64,000 nt of DNA from Macrostomum lignano (Eukaryota): the NCBI GenBank assembly GCA_002269645.1, contig NIVC01000731.1:310001-374000 (forward strand), given 5' to 3'. The notes below the pieces were generated by a model that had not been told where the DNA came from, did no database searches, and worked only from the letters and a program-made list of their open reading frames with translations. A program made the position numbers and the translations under genes. This document shows positions 23,823 to 35,800 of the stretch, one piece after another; positions within the stretch are counted from its first letter, which is position 1, and every line of letters begins with the position of its first letter.

Positions 23823-26800
23823 ATGCGGTCTGCCCAGTCTGAGCTGGCGGCAGCGCTGCTCATCTGCCTCGCCGCTGGGTAAGAAGCTCAACAGCGAAGC
23901 CTCAGGAACAACTGAAATCCATTTAAAATTTAATATACGCTCGTAATAATCTTAATAAATACCGATCGAATATTTCTGTTCCAGATTGGTCAGCGGCCAA
24001 GGTCACATAAGTGAGTAATCGTTTTTACAAACTGAAGAACCTTGTTTTCTTCTTAGAAAATCCGTGACTTTCTTAAAAATCACCGCTAAGATCGACTGCG
24101 AGGATCAGTACAACCTCTTCCTGTGAGTGGGTCAGGGATGGGTCAAGTGGGTCGGGGATGGTTCAATGGGTAGGGATGGGTTAAGTAGGTCAAGGATAGG
24201 TCAAGTGGGTCAGGGATGGGTCAAGTAGCTCAGGGATGGGTCAAGTAGGTCAAGGATGGGTCAAGTGGTTCAGGGATGGGTCAAGTAGGTCAGGGATGGG
24301 TCAAGTGGGTCAGGGATGGGTCAAGTGGTTCAGGGATGGGTCAAGTAGGTCAGGGATGGGTCAAGTGGGTCAGGGATGGGTCAATTGAGTCAGGGTGGGT
24401 CAATCACAACCTCTTCCTGTGAGTGGGTCAAGGCTGGGTCAAATAAGTCAGGGATGAATCCTTTAGATTGGAAAAAACTCCGTTTTTGAAAACATCACAC
24501 TACACGTTAATGCAACGTTTGAATAGGACCTCGGCAATCTCTCAGCGAAGGAGTTGTTGAATATCTCGACGATCTTGAATGCACCATGAAACAGTACACG
24601 CGATCAAGGCATCAAAACAAGTCCATGAGAGTAGCTGACGTGCAGGCGGAGCCCGCACTGCAGTCGCCTTGTTTGCCAGGGAGTTTATCGCCAACTTAAC
24701 AAGCGCCGCAGACCCAACAAAGGCAGCAGTGACGGCTGCATTCAGAGTAATTTGAGTAATTTAGTAATTTATGACCCACAGCCCCGATAAGCGGCTGCCA
24801 CGCCAGAAAAACTTTATTGCCCTCTGTCGAAAGACGAAATAAAAAAATATCTCGCATAAACAATTGCAAGCTGTTTGCAACTGAGCACAGCTGGCCTACC
24901 CAAGTCTGAGTCCCTCCCGAGCGTCTCCGCTGGCGCCACGGCTATCTGCATGGCAGCCGGGACCGACTGCTGACCCCAAAGGCAGGCTTGTCACCGCAGA
25001 TAGCAGCTCAGCTGTCTAATCTCCATTTCATTTTTACACTCTCTTTGAGCCACACGACTGGACCGAGTGCTGCGGGTTTGGAGCTGTTCGACTGCATTGC
25101 ATCGAAATAGAGATAGCTAGCTGGTTGCCATGGCAACTGTCTGCTCACTATCAGCCAGGCCCGGCTCTCACCTCGCACCCGCCCCGCCCTCGCCTGCTCA
25201 GGGCCGCCCGTCACGGCCAAGCCTGGAGAATGCAAGCCACCCACTGTGCTCAACGCCGCTAAGATCGACTGCGAGGATCAGTACAACCTCTTCCTGTGAG
25301 TGGGTCAGGGGTGGGTCAAGTGGGTCAGGGATGAGTCAAGTGGGTCAAGGATGGGTTAAGTGGGTCAAGGATGGGTTAAATGGGTCAGGGGTGGGTCAAT
25401 CCCAACCTCTTCCTGTGAGTGGGTCAGGGGTGGGTCTAGTCAGTTAGGGGTTGGTCAATCACAATCTCTTTCTGTGAGTGGGTCGAGGCTGGGTCAAATG
25501 GGTCAGGGATGGGTCAAGTGGGTCAAGGATGAGTTAAATGGGTCAGGGGTGGGTCAATCCCAATCTCTTCCTGTGAGTGGGTCAGGTGGGTCAAGTGGGT
25601 CAGGGGTAGATCAAGTGAGTCAAGGTGTGTCAAGTAAGTTTGACTGAGGTGGGTTAACTGAGTCAAGAGTGGGTTAGGCGTGGGTCAAGTATGCAACACA
25701 TCCTCTTTCAGTGAATGGGTCAAAGCTGGGCAATCTGAAACCCAACCATCCGACCGCTGACCCAGTGAATGTTAAAACCCTCGACCCTTCTCTAAAATAA
25801 GACATTCCCCCGCATCCGCAGTGACTGCACAATCGAGTGCAAGCAGGGCTACTGGTTCGAGAGCGAGAAGATCCGTGAGGAGGTCTCCTGCACACACTAC
25901 GATCTGCAGTGGGACCGCGACGTTGGCGACTGCCTGCCAAGGTGCAGCCCCGGCTGCCGCAACGGCGGCGTCTGCGAAGCCCCCAACCAGTGCCGCTGCC
26001 CGCCCGGCTACGGAGGCCCGCTGTGCGAGATGGGTGAGCCGCTTGCTTCATGCACAGCTTTCTGCGGGTTTCTACTGGCTCTGAGTAGGCCAGCGAGCCT
26101 GTGGTTGCCGGTTTTTGAGCGCTACTTTACCGACTGACCTTTATTGGGAAACTCAATCATCTCCCGGACACTCAATCACCCGGACTCTCAATGACCCGGA
26201 CACTCAATGACCCGGACACTCATGGGAACCTCAATCACCCGGACACTCAATGGGAACCTCAATGACCCGGACACTCAATGACCCGGACACTCAATGACCC
26301 GGACACTCAATGACCCGGACACTCAATGGGAACCTCAATCACCCGGACACTCAATGGGAACCTCAATCACCCGGACACTCAATGGGAACCTCAATCATCC
26401 GGACACTCAATGGGAACCTCAATCACCCGGACACTCAATGGGAACCTCAATCATCCGGACACTCAATGGGAACCTCAATCATCCGGACACTCAATGGGAA
26501 CCTCAATCATCCGGACACTCAATGGGAACCTCAATCATCCGGACACACAATGGCAACCTCAATCATCCGGACACACAATGGCAACCTCAATCACCCGGAC
26601 ACACAATGGCAACCTCAATCATCCGGACACTCAATGGGAACCTCAATCACCTGGACACACAATGGCAACCTCAATCATCCGGACACTCAATGGGAACCTC
26701 AATCACCTGGACACACAATGGCAACCTCAATCATCCGGACACTCAATGGGAACCTCAATCATCCGGACACACAATGGCAACCTCAATCACCCGGACACAC

Positions 26801-29800
26801 AATGGCAACCTCAATCACCCGGACACACAATGGCAACCTCAATCATCCGGACACTCAATGGGAACCTCAATCACCCGGACACTCAATGGGAACCTCAATC
26901 ATCCGGACACTCAATGGGAACCTCAATCATCCGGACACTCAATGGGAACCTCAATCATCCGGACACTCAATGGGAACCTCAATCATCCGGACACACAATG
27001 GCAACCTCAATCATCCGGACACACAATGGCAACCTCAATCACCCGGACACACAATGGCAACCTCAATCATCCGGACACTCAATGGGAACCTCAATCACCT
27101 GGACACACAATGGCAACCTCAATCATCCGGACACTCAATGGGAACCTCAATCACCTGGACACACAATGGCAACCTCAATCATCCGGACACTCAATGGGAA
27201 CCTCAATCATCCGGACACTCAATGGGAACCTCAATCACCTGGACACACAATGGCAACCTCAATCATCCGGACACTCAATGGGAACCTCAATCATCCGGAC
27301 ACACAATGGCAACCTCAATCACCCGGACACACAATGGCAACCTCAATCATCCGGACACACAATGGCAACCTCAATCATCCGGACACACAATGGCAACCTC
27401 AATCATCCGGACACACAATGGCAACCTCAATCACCCGGACACACAATGGCAACCTCAATCATCCGGACACTCAATGGGAACCTCAATCACCTGGACACAC
27501 AATGGCAACCTCAATCATCCGGACACTCAATGGGAACCTCAATCACCGTGACGCAACCAATGCACGCCTCCTACAGTCATCGTCAGCAGCACGCGGGACC
27601 CGTACCCGGACCTGAGCAGCACGCCGGCCCCGCCGCTGCGCAACTCCACCTCCGCGTGGTGCTTCGTCTGGGGCGACTCCAGCTACAGGACCTTCGACGG
27701 GTCGCAGTTCGCCTTCTGCGGGCACTGCAGCTACCAGCTGTTCGCAGACCTACACGGCGACCAGTTCCAGGCCACGCTGCACAACCCCGATGCCGGGTGC
27801 AACGCAACCGCCTGCTCCCGCCGGCTCACCATCCAGGTCGGCTCCGTCCGACTGGAGCTCAGCAACCGTCAGCGGCTGGACTACTCGCTCAACTGCGGCC
27901 GGCACGACGTCTGCGCCAACCTGCGCAGCAGCAGCATGCCGTTCGCGGCCAGCAACTTGGAGGTGACGCGGACAGGGCCCTGGGTGCTGGTGCGCAGCTC
28001 GCTAGGCTTCCAGATCCGCTGGGATGGCGGCATGTACGTTCAGGCAGAGCTGGACGGCCGCTACAAGCAGCGGACTGGCGGCCTTTGCGGTCGTTACAGC
28101 GACGATGTTAGGGACGACTTCACCACGCCGGGCGGCGACCTGGCGGCCACGCCTGAGGAGTTCGGCCGCAGCTGGGCGCTGCAGGACCGGGACGACGTCT
28201 GCCACCGGGGCAGCCGCTGTCCGTGAGTTCTTCTGGGGCTTTTAAATGTCAAAATTTGTTGCAGGTGTTTGAAAATTTGTTAGTCTGAGGCAGAGACTCG
28301 CGCCTCGACTCCTGCTCCCATTCCGTGCGCGACCACATTGGTTTGCTGCTCGTGAACGACAATTGATCGGGGATTGCCGTGCGATCAATACCTATGAGGG
28401 TGAACTCCGAAGGCGCAGAGAGTGTACATGTTAGATATTAGAGGGAGTGGCTGTGTGCACCCTAGCGCACTCTAAGCGCCATTGTTACACAACCGGCGAG
28501 AGGCATTACTGCCCATTCTGTCCACTCCTCTGAGGCCTGAGCAGGCACACAAGCGCGCGGATACGTACGCAGTCATACGCACAGGCACTCACTCACACGG
28601 GAGTGTACAGAGGCCATAACTTTACTTATCGTTAGGCATGTACACTTCACTGTGCCTTGGGGGTTGGCCCCTATATATAGTATTATATGGCATTGCGACT
28701 ATAAAAGTGCGGATCAATAATCTATTAGTTTTATTGATCTTTTGAAGTTCTGTGCATCCAGAAGGTCAGGGCAAACGGTCTAGTGTTCCTATTACCTAAA
28801 CGGTTTTTATGAGCCAACGCTTTCCTGGACCACGCCACAGGGACACTTGCCCGACGGACACTCGCGATCAGGCCAGGAGCATGTGCCAGCGCCTGCTCCT
28901 GCAGGACAGCGCATTCAAGCACTGCCAGCGCGACGTGAGCGCCATAGACTACATCGAGGCCTGCGTCCGCGAGTTCTGCGACTGCGACCCGGCCACGGCG
29001 GCCAACAGCCCGGAGAACTGCGTCTGCAACAGCCTGCAGGCATACGCTGAGCACTGCAAGATTGAGAAGCAGCAGCCTATCAACTGGCGAACTGACGCGC
29101 GGTGCCGTGAGTATCGCTGAATGGGGACTTTTTCACGAACTGACAGAAACGTATTCTCAGGTTTTGGTTATTGAGCTTCAAATCACAGTGTGTATGTTTT
29201 GCATGCGTGGTATTTTAATGGGCCTGAGGTGATCATTTCCGATGCAACCATCCCGCAGCCTACAATTGTACCAATGGCCGGCAATACGACATCTGCGGCG
29301 AGAGCTGCAGCCGAACCTGCAACCAGCGGGTGACCAACTGCGACATGGAGTACTGCATCGAAGGCTGTGTCTGCCCTCGCGGACAGCTGTGGGACGAGCA
29401 CGGCCAGCGCTGCGTGGTGGAGCGGGACTGCCCCTGCGAGCACGGCGGGCAGTTCTATCCGCCAGGCTCCGAGCTGCGGCAGGCCTGCCAGCTCTGCCGT
29501 TGCCAAGGCGACTGGGTCTGCCAGGATGAGCAGTGCCTGGCGGTGTGCCACGCTGTCGGTGATATTCACTACCAGACTTTTGACGGGAGAGATTACTCGT
29601 CCAATGTGAGTTGACCGCCCTTTGGTTCAGCAGGAAGTGTAGTGGTGTTGATTTTTGTACCCATGAGCACTGATTCAGTTAATATTTTATTGCATTGTGT
29701 GGCTATAGAGCCCAACTGACATGCGTATTTGCTCAAGCCAGAATGTTTATTGCGCAACTATAACTCCAACTATAATTTAGACTTTTATGCTACAATGTAG

Positions 29801-32800
29801 TAACATAATATAACAAACAAGAGTCAGTACTCGTTGCTCCACTCTGGAAATTCATTGTTGACAGAGTGGACTCCCCAATGTTGAAAGTGTAAACTCCGTT
29901 GACTCCTCCACCAAGAAGCGTCCCAGAGTCTCTTGCGTCGCCCCAGAGACGTTTTGAGAGTCGTTGCTGGTAACACAGGAAAAAAAGGAAAGTGACACTA
30001 GACGCCTCTACAATAACGGGAGGTCACGGTACAAGTTGCCAAAAATTAATCAAAGAGTCGCCTAAGAGTAAATTTGAGGCGTTTTACTGTCTGCGACTCT
30101 GAAACGACTCTGGGGCGCTTCTGTAATTACTCTGGGGCCGTAGAGTCGGATCGCGCCTCTAAAAATTATTTTAAACTCACGCGATGCACTCGTGACTCAA
30201 CAGCCGCCTCTGCGTCGAATTGCAGCTGTTTGAGTCGTTAAAAAGTCACAAGAATCGCCCCAGAGTCGCTAGTCACTAGTGAGTTGCCCTACTACACTAC
30301 ACTACTACCCTACTGCACTACTGCGTACCCAGTAGAGTTCCAACCCGTACCAGCAGTCATTCCACAACTGCCTGGTGCTGTCTTCGCTAGGGTGCCTAAC
30401 GATTTTACGTTCGTAGTCAATGGCAATTGAAGAAAATTCGAATAGTCCAACCAAAATTTACGTCTAAACTCCAAACCCCGCAGGCGAAGTGCACCTTTCG
30501 CATGGTGGAAGCCGAAATCGCGAACTCCTCGCTTAGCATTGACGTCACCAACCAGCAGTGCAGCTTCAGCTCCAAGGTCGCCTGCGTTGGTTCCGTAGAC
30601 ATTCGGCGCGGCTCCGAAAGAATTTTTGTCAATAGAGACATCTCATCGGAGTTCAGCCTCATGATTAATTCCCACACGTTTGACAGCAGCAAGGCTTACT
30701 TTGAGTCCAAAGAATTTGCCGTGTTCGTCATGCAAAATGCCGTAGTGGTGAGTGAATATTGAAAAGTTTTCTTAATCCCGAAGCAAAGTTCCTCTTTATA
30801 ATGTCGATACATGGCTGCAAAGTTTTTGACCTCAAAGACCTGCAAGATTTTCCCAACTAAGACACGATTCATCATGCATGTTCGAGTACATAGTACCTCC
30901 TGTGTTCAAGACTGTCAGATCGTGAGCGCTATCTTAACCTTGGTCTGTTTTTCCAACTGAGTCTGATCTACACATATGAAGACTTTAAGAAGCTACATTT
31001 AAGTGGAATTCTCAGATATAATTTGTTTTATCAGGGTTCTATCAAAATGTTTTATCAGTCTATATAATAGAACGCGTCAAGGCTGACTTCAATGAAGCAA
31101 CTGGTCCTTACCGGTCATTCGGCCCATTCTTGTCCACAGGTGAAGCCCAGAGGCGGTCCCGTCATTGCTGTCACCCGCCGCGGTCAGCTGTACGTCCACG
31201 CTGCCACCGACCTTAAGGGTCGCCGATTGCGCGGCCTCTGCGGTACCTACGATGGCAACAAAAACACCGACTTCCTGAAGCCCGATGGTGACATTGACGA
31301 CGTGCCAACAAGCTTCATGCGCTCTTGGAAGCAGGAAAAAACCTGCAAAGACAACGCCGAGGTTGAGGTGCCAAACAGCTGCGACTTGAACCCTGCGCGC
31401 TATCAACAGGTGCAGACGCTTTGCCGAGAAATGAGAGACAAGCTAATCGGCGGCCTATTCGGCAACTGCCTTAGCGGGGGGGAGCGCGAGCACTTCGCAC
31501 AGATGTGCCAGAGCGACCTGTGCGCCTGCACCAAATCTGACGAAAGCTGTCTGTGCGGCCTGTACAACCACATCGGCCACATGTGCTCTGCCAGGAAGAT
31601 TGTTGTCGACTGGAAGAAAGAGCTGCCAGAATGCGGTAGGTCACTTTCGATTTTGAAAGCCGGTTAATAACCCATTTGCAACCCATTTCGTATCGTTGAT
31701 CAGCTACTGGCACTGAATACCCATTAATTTTGCAGGCGCCAGCTGCCCCAGCGGCATGGTCTGGAAGCCGTGCGTAGACTACTGCAAGTACTCATGCTCG
31801 GCTCTGAGCCTTGGCAACCGTTGCGACTCTTCGGACGTCTGCGTTGCCGGTTGCGTCTGTCCTAACGGCCAGGTGCAGCACGAGGGTCGCTGCGTCAGCG
31901 TCAGCGAGTGCAAGTGCGAGTTCGACGGACGCGATTTCCCACCGGGAACGTCTGTTAGCAAGGGAAACGAGACATGGTGAGTGGATAGAAACTTAAAATG
32001 TGTTTGGTACTGTCAAGAACGACTTGTCCCAAACTGATAGCACTGAAGACAATTGGTCAAACCCAAGCAATTCTGTAGTAAAGCCCGCTTTTGCCCATCC
32101 TGCAGTGAATGCAATTACGGCGAGTGGCACTGCAAGCCCGGGCCGTGTCCCGGCTGCGATTCCATCTGCCCTCAGGGCAAAGAGTACACTCCGTGCCGGT
32201 CCAACTGCCCGGCAACCTGTGCCACGGGACTTGGCGGAGTCGGCTGTAACCAGACTTGCGACCGCGACGGCTGCCAATGCCCCCCAGGCATGGTTGAAGA
32301 TGACAAAGGAGAGTGCAAACGGCCTGAAGACTGCACCTGCTCTCACAATGGCAAGGATTATAAAGAGGGCGATGTCATCCAGCATCCATCATGCATTGAT
32401 TGGTGAGCTTGTTAAGTATAAGCTACTGTCTCCACTCGGACTCTGAGAGTTGTATCCTTGTCAATTTTCACTCCAACGCAAACTTCCGAATTTTAGTGTC
32501 TGCAAACGGTCCAAGTGGGACTGCAACAGACGGCCCAGCTGCGCCTCCATGTGCAGCGTGTGGGGCCTCGGCCACTTTGAAACCTTCGACGGCGCCCAAT
32601 ACAGCGTAAAGGGCCGTTGCGAATACGTGCTGACTCAGTCAGCTGACTGGGAGGCAGGGGGCAGCATCGACCGGATGCGCTTCAGAATTCTGGCTAGCTT
32701 CACCAGCTGCAGCACCTCGGGCGCAACGTGCATTGGCTACGTGATGGTGCAATACAAGCTGGCTAAATCATTCCTCCTCAAGTCATTCGCCATGCGCTCG

Positions 32801-35800
32801 CGCAACATGATCTGGGAAGACGCGCAGAGCAGTATCACTCACGACCACGGCACAGTGCTTCGTCATACGACGGACAAGCTGTTCAGCATCGTGCACCTCG
32901 TAGACATAGGCGTGACTGTGTACTTTGACCAACAGAGCAGGGTCTATATATCTTTGGATGATCGCCATCGCGAAAATGTTCGAGGTCTGTGCGGAACATT
33001 CGACAATGACCAGAAAACGGACTTTGTGGGCCCAGCTTCCAACATGATAATCGACCGGGTCCCAGAGTTTGCTGACAAGTGGAAGACACGAGCGGCCTGT
33101 CCTAACGCGGAGCTGCTGGTTGACAATTGCGATGCGGTCAAGGATAGAGAGACCTGGGCTAAAACCAGATGCAAGGAGGTTCTACTCGACCATGTTAACA
33201 TCAGCAAGTGTCACGCAATGGTTGACCCAAAGCCTTTTTACGAAAACTGCGTGCAGGACTCCTGCCTGTGCGATAAGGGAGGCGACTGCGAGTGCTTCTG
33301 CGCCAATGTCGCTCACTATGTGCAGAAGTGCAACCAAGTTGGGGTGCACGTGCACTGGCGAAGCCAGACTATCTGTCCGATGCAGTGCGACGAAGACTGT
33401 GACCATGTCACTCCATGTAAATCGGTTTGCCCACCCAAGACGTGTTTGAATAAGGACAGACACGACGAACTGTTGCGGGACACCGCCTGCCAGGACTTGA
33501 TGTGCATCGAGGGTTGCGAGTCGGAGCCCTGCCCGCCTGGAACAGTGCTGCATGAAGGCAAATGCGTTAACGAAAGCATCTGCGAGTGCACCTGCCGTTT
33601 CAACGGCCGAGACTATGGAGAGGGCGAGCGCATCACAGATCCCGAAGTTTGCGACCCGTGCCAAAACTGCTTCTGCGGCTGCAATAACACCCTTGTAAAA
33701 ACAGGAGATCCCTGTACAACGAGCGGCCCCTCTACTGTGTCTACAGCTACCCCGGCTACTCCGTTTCCGCCTCTCTGTGACACCACTGGTTGGACTCGGT
33801 GGATGAACGCTTCGTCTCCAATCTCCGGCGACGGTGACTACGAAATAATTCCGAATCTCCGTCGTCACTATCAATTCTGCGAGGTCGATGATATTTCCAA
33901 GGTAGACTACAAAGCACTGGAGCCTGTGGACCCGGCTGAGGTTGACAAACAGGTAAAGCAAATTGGCAAGTCAGTCGGTCTTGTCTGCAAGAACAGTCAG
34001 CAAATTGCTCACGCTCGCTGCTTTGACTATGCGGTTCGATTCTACTGTGTCTGCGGCGTTACAAGCCCAACCTCGAGTTCGCCTCCTGAAAGTTCCAGCA
34101 CGCCTAGCACAACTAAGTCCACCTGGTCAACGTGGAGCACTTTTACTGCGTCTACAACAGAATCCATCTGGTCAACGTTGAGTACTCGTACTTCTACTTC
34201 ACCTACAACAGAATCTACCTGGCCAAGGTGGAATACGTCAACGCCGCAGCCATCGACAACAACAGCTACTGAAGGCACTACAACTCCGCAAGGAGCCTGC
34301 GAGGACGGTTGGACTCAGTGGATAAATATTAACAAGCCAACCACTGGTCTGCAAGGGGGCGAGACAGAATCTCTGCCGGAGATCGAGAGGCAACTTGGAA
34401 AAATTTGTGCAGGCGGCAAAATCGAGCAAATACAGTGCCGGGATGTGTCCGTGCACAGGCAGAACATTGGTTACAACACTCAGTTTGGCCAGTGCTCGCT
34501 GGCCAATGGCCTTCGTTGCCTGAACAAAGACCAAGCCGGACTATCCAGCACCAAGCAGTGCTACGATTATGAAGTTCGATTCTTCTGCAGGTGCTCTCCG
34601 AACGTTTGCCCGCCACCGACTGTGGAAAGAGGCATTGTCTGGGAGCTGCCCGACTCCGCCTTTGCAGCCAGCAGTTTCCGAGGCAAGGACCCGATGCACG
34701 GCCCGCAGCGAGCCAGGATCAACACCAAGAAGGACAGCTCTGGCTATGGCGCTTGGACGGCAGACACGAAGGATTCGACACCGTGGATTGAAGTTCAAGT
34801 GCCCGAAGCCCTGCAGTTTGTTGGACTGCGCACTCAAGGCCGCCAGGATATGCACCAGTTCGTCAACGAATTCACCGTGGAAGTCAGCGAGGACTGCAGA
34901 AATTTCCAACCTATCCTGGGAGGCAAGGTAAATAAAAAATGCAAAAAATTTCGGCTAGAACTTTTGTATCTAGAAAGTACACTTTCAGCCTTGATTTATT
35001 GATATTTATATCCAGGGGAAATTTCTCGATCTAATTAGCGCAACCAACGGCATCGCGTGTTGCTTGTTGATGTAAATATATCCATAAAGTTAAAGTTTAT
35101 TCGACATAATTCTTAGTGAAAATTTCTGCCCCTGATATTTCACTCCAGCCACTCGACGCCAACGTAGATCAGAACATGGCCGTGACCAACTACTTCTCGA
35201 GAGACTTGCAGACGGTCACGGCAAAGTGCATTCGGCTGCACCCGAAGCGATTCTACGGATCGGCCAGCGTCAGGTTGGACCTCATCCAGTGCGGTGAGTG
35301 AAGCTCAAATTAAAGCTGCAGTTGAACTATAAATACAATTTTTTAAGCAAATGCTGACATCATTTCGCTTTAGAGACCAGATCCACGCCGACAGAGCTGC
35401 CGACCACAACAGCCAGCAGCAGCATCAGTCCCACAACATCCTGTTACTATGACGACTGCGCAATGAAATGCACACTCATCTGCCACTACTTCGACTCCAA
35501 GCTGAAAGAGATCGGCTACTGCAGCAGCAACTCCTCCAACTGCGTTCCCGGCTGCAAGACAATTGACTGCCCGGATGGCTTCTACAAAAGCAGGGACGAG
35601 TGCGTCAGAGAGGAACAGTGCCCCTGCATGGATGACCAGGGAAGAGAAGTGCCGCCAGGGACAATCTGGGACGTTGAGGAGTGCAAATACAAAATCTGCC
35701 GCAACAACACAGTGGAGCAGGTCATAATTCCTGGCTGTGAGCCGAGCACCATAGCCTTCACGCCACAAAACAATAGGACGAGGCCATATACACCTTCCGC

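Noticed and set aside
26294-27576. 605/413/429-aa ORFs with a 28-aa repeat as mucin coding sequence
   Set aside because: The array lies between a good donor (26034) and acceptor (27576) whose joining keeps frame; the three-frame periodicity is an artefact of a 28-bp unit.
3711-28663. Hammerhead ribozyme in the dispersed repeat or satellites
   Set aside because: No CUGANGA plus GAAA core with compatible stems found by eye on either strand; a motif search would be needed to exclude it fully.
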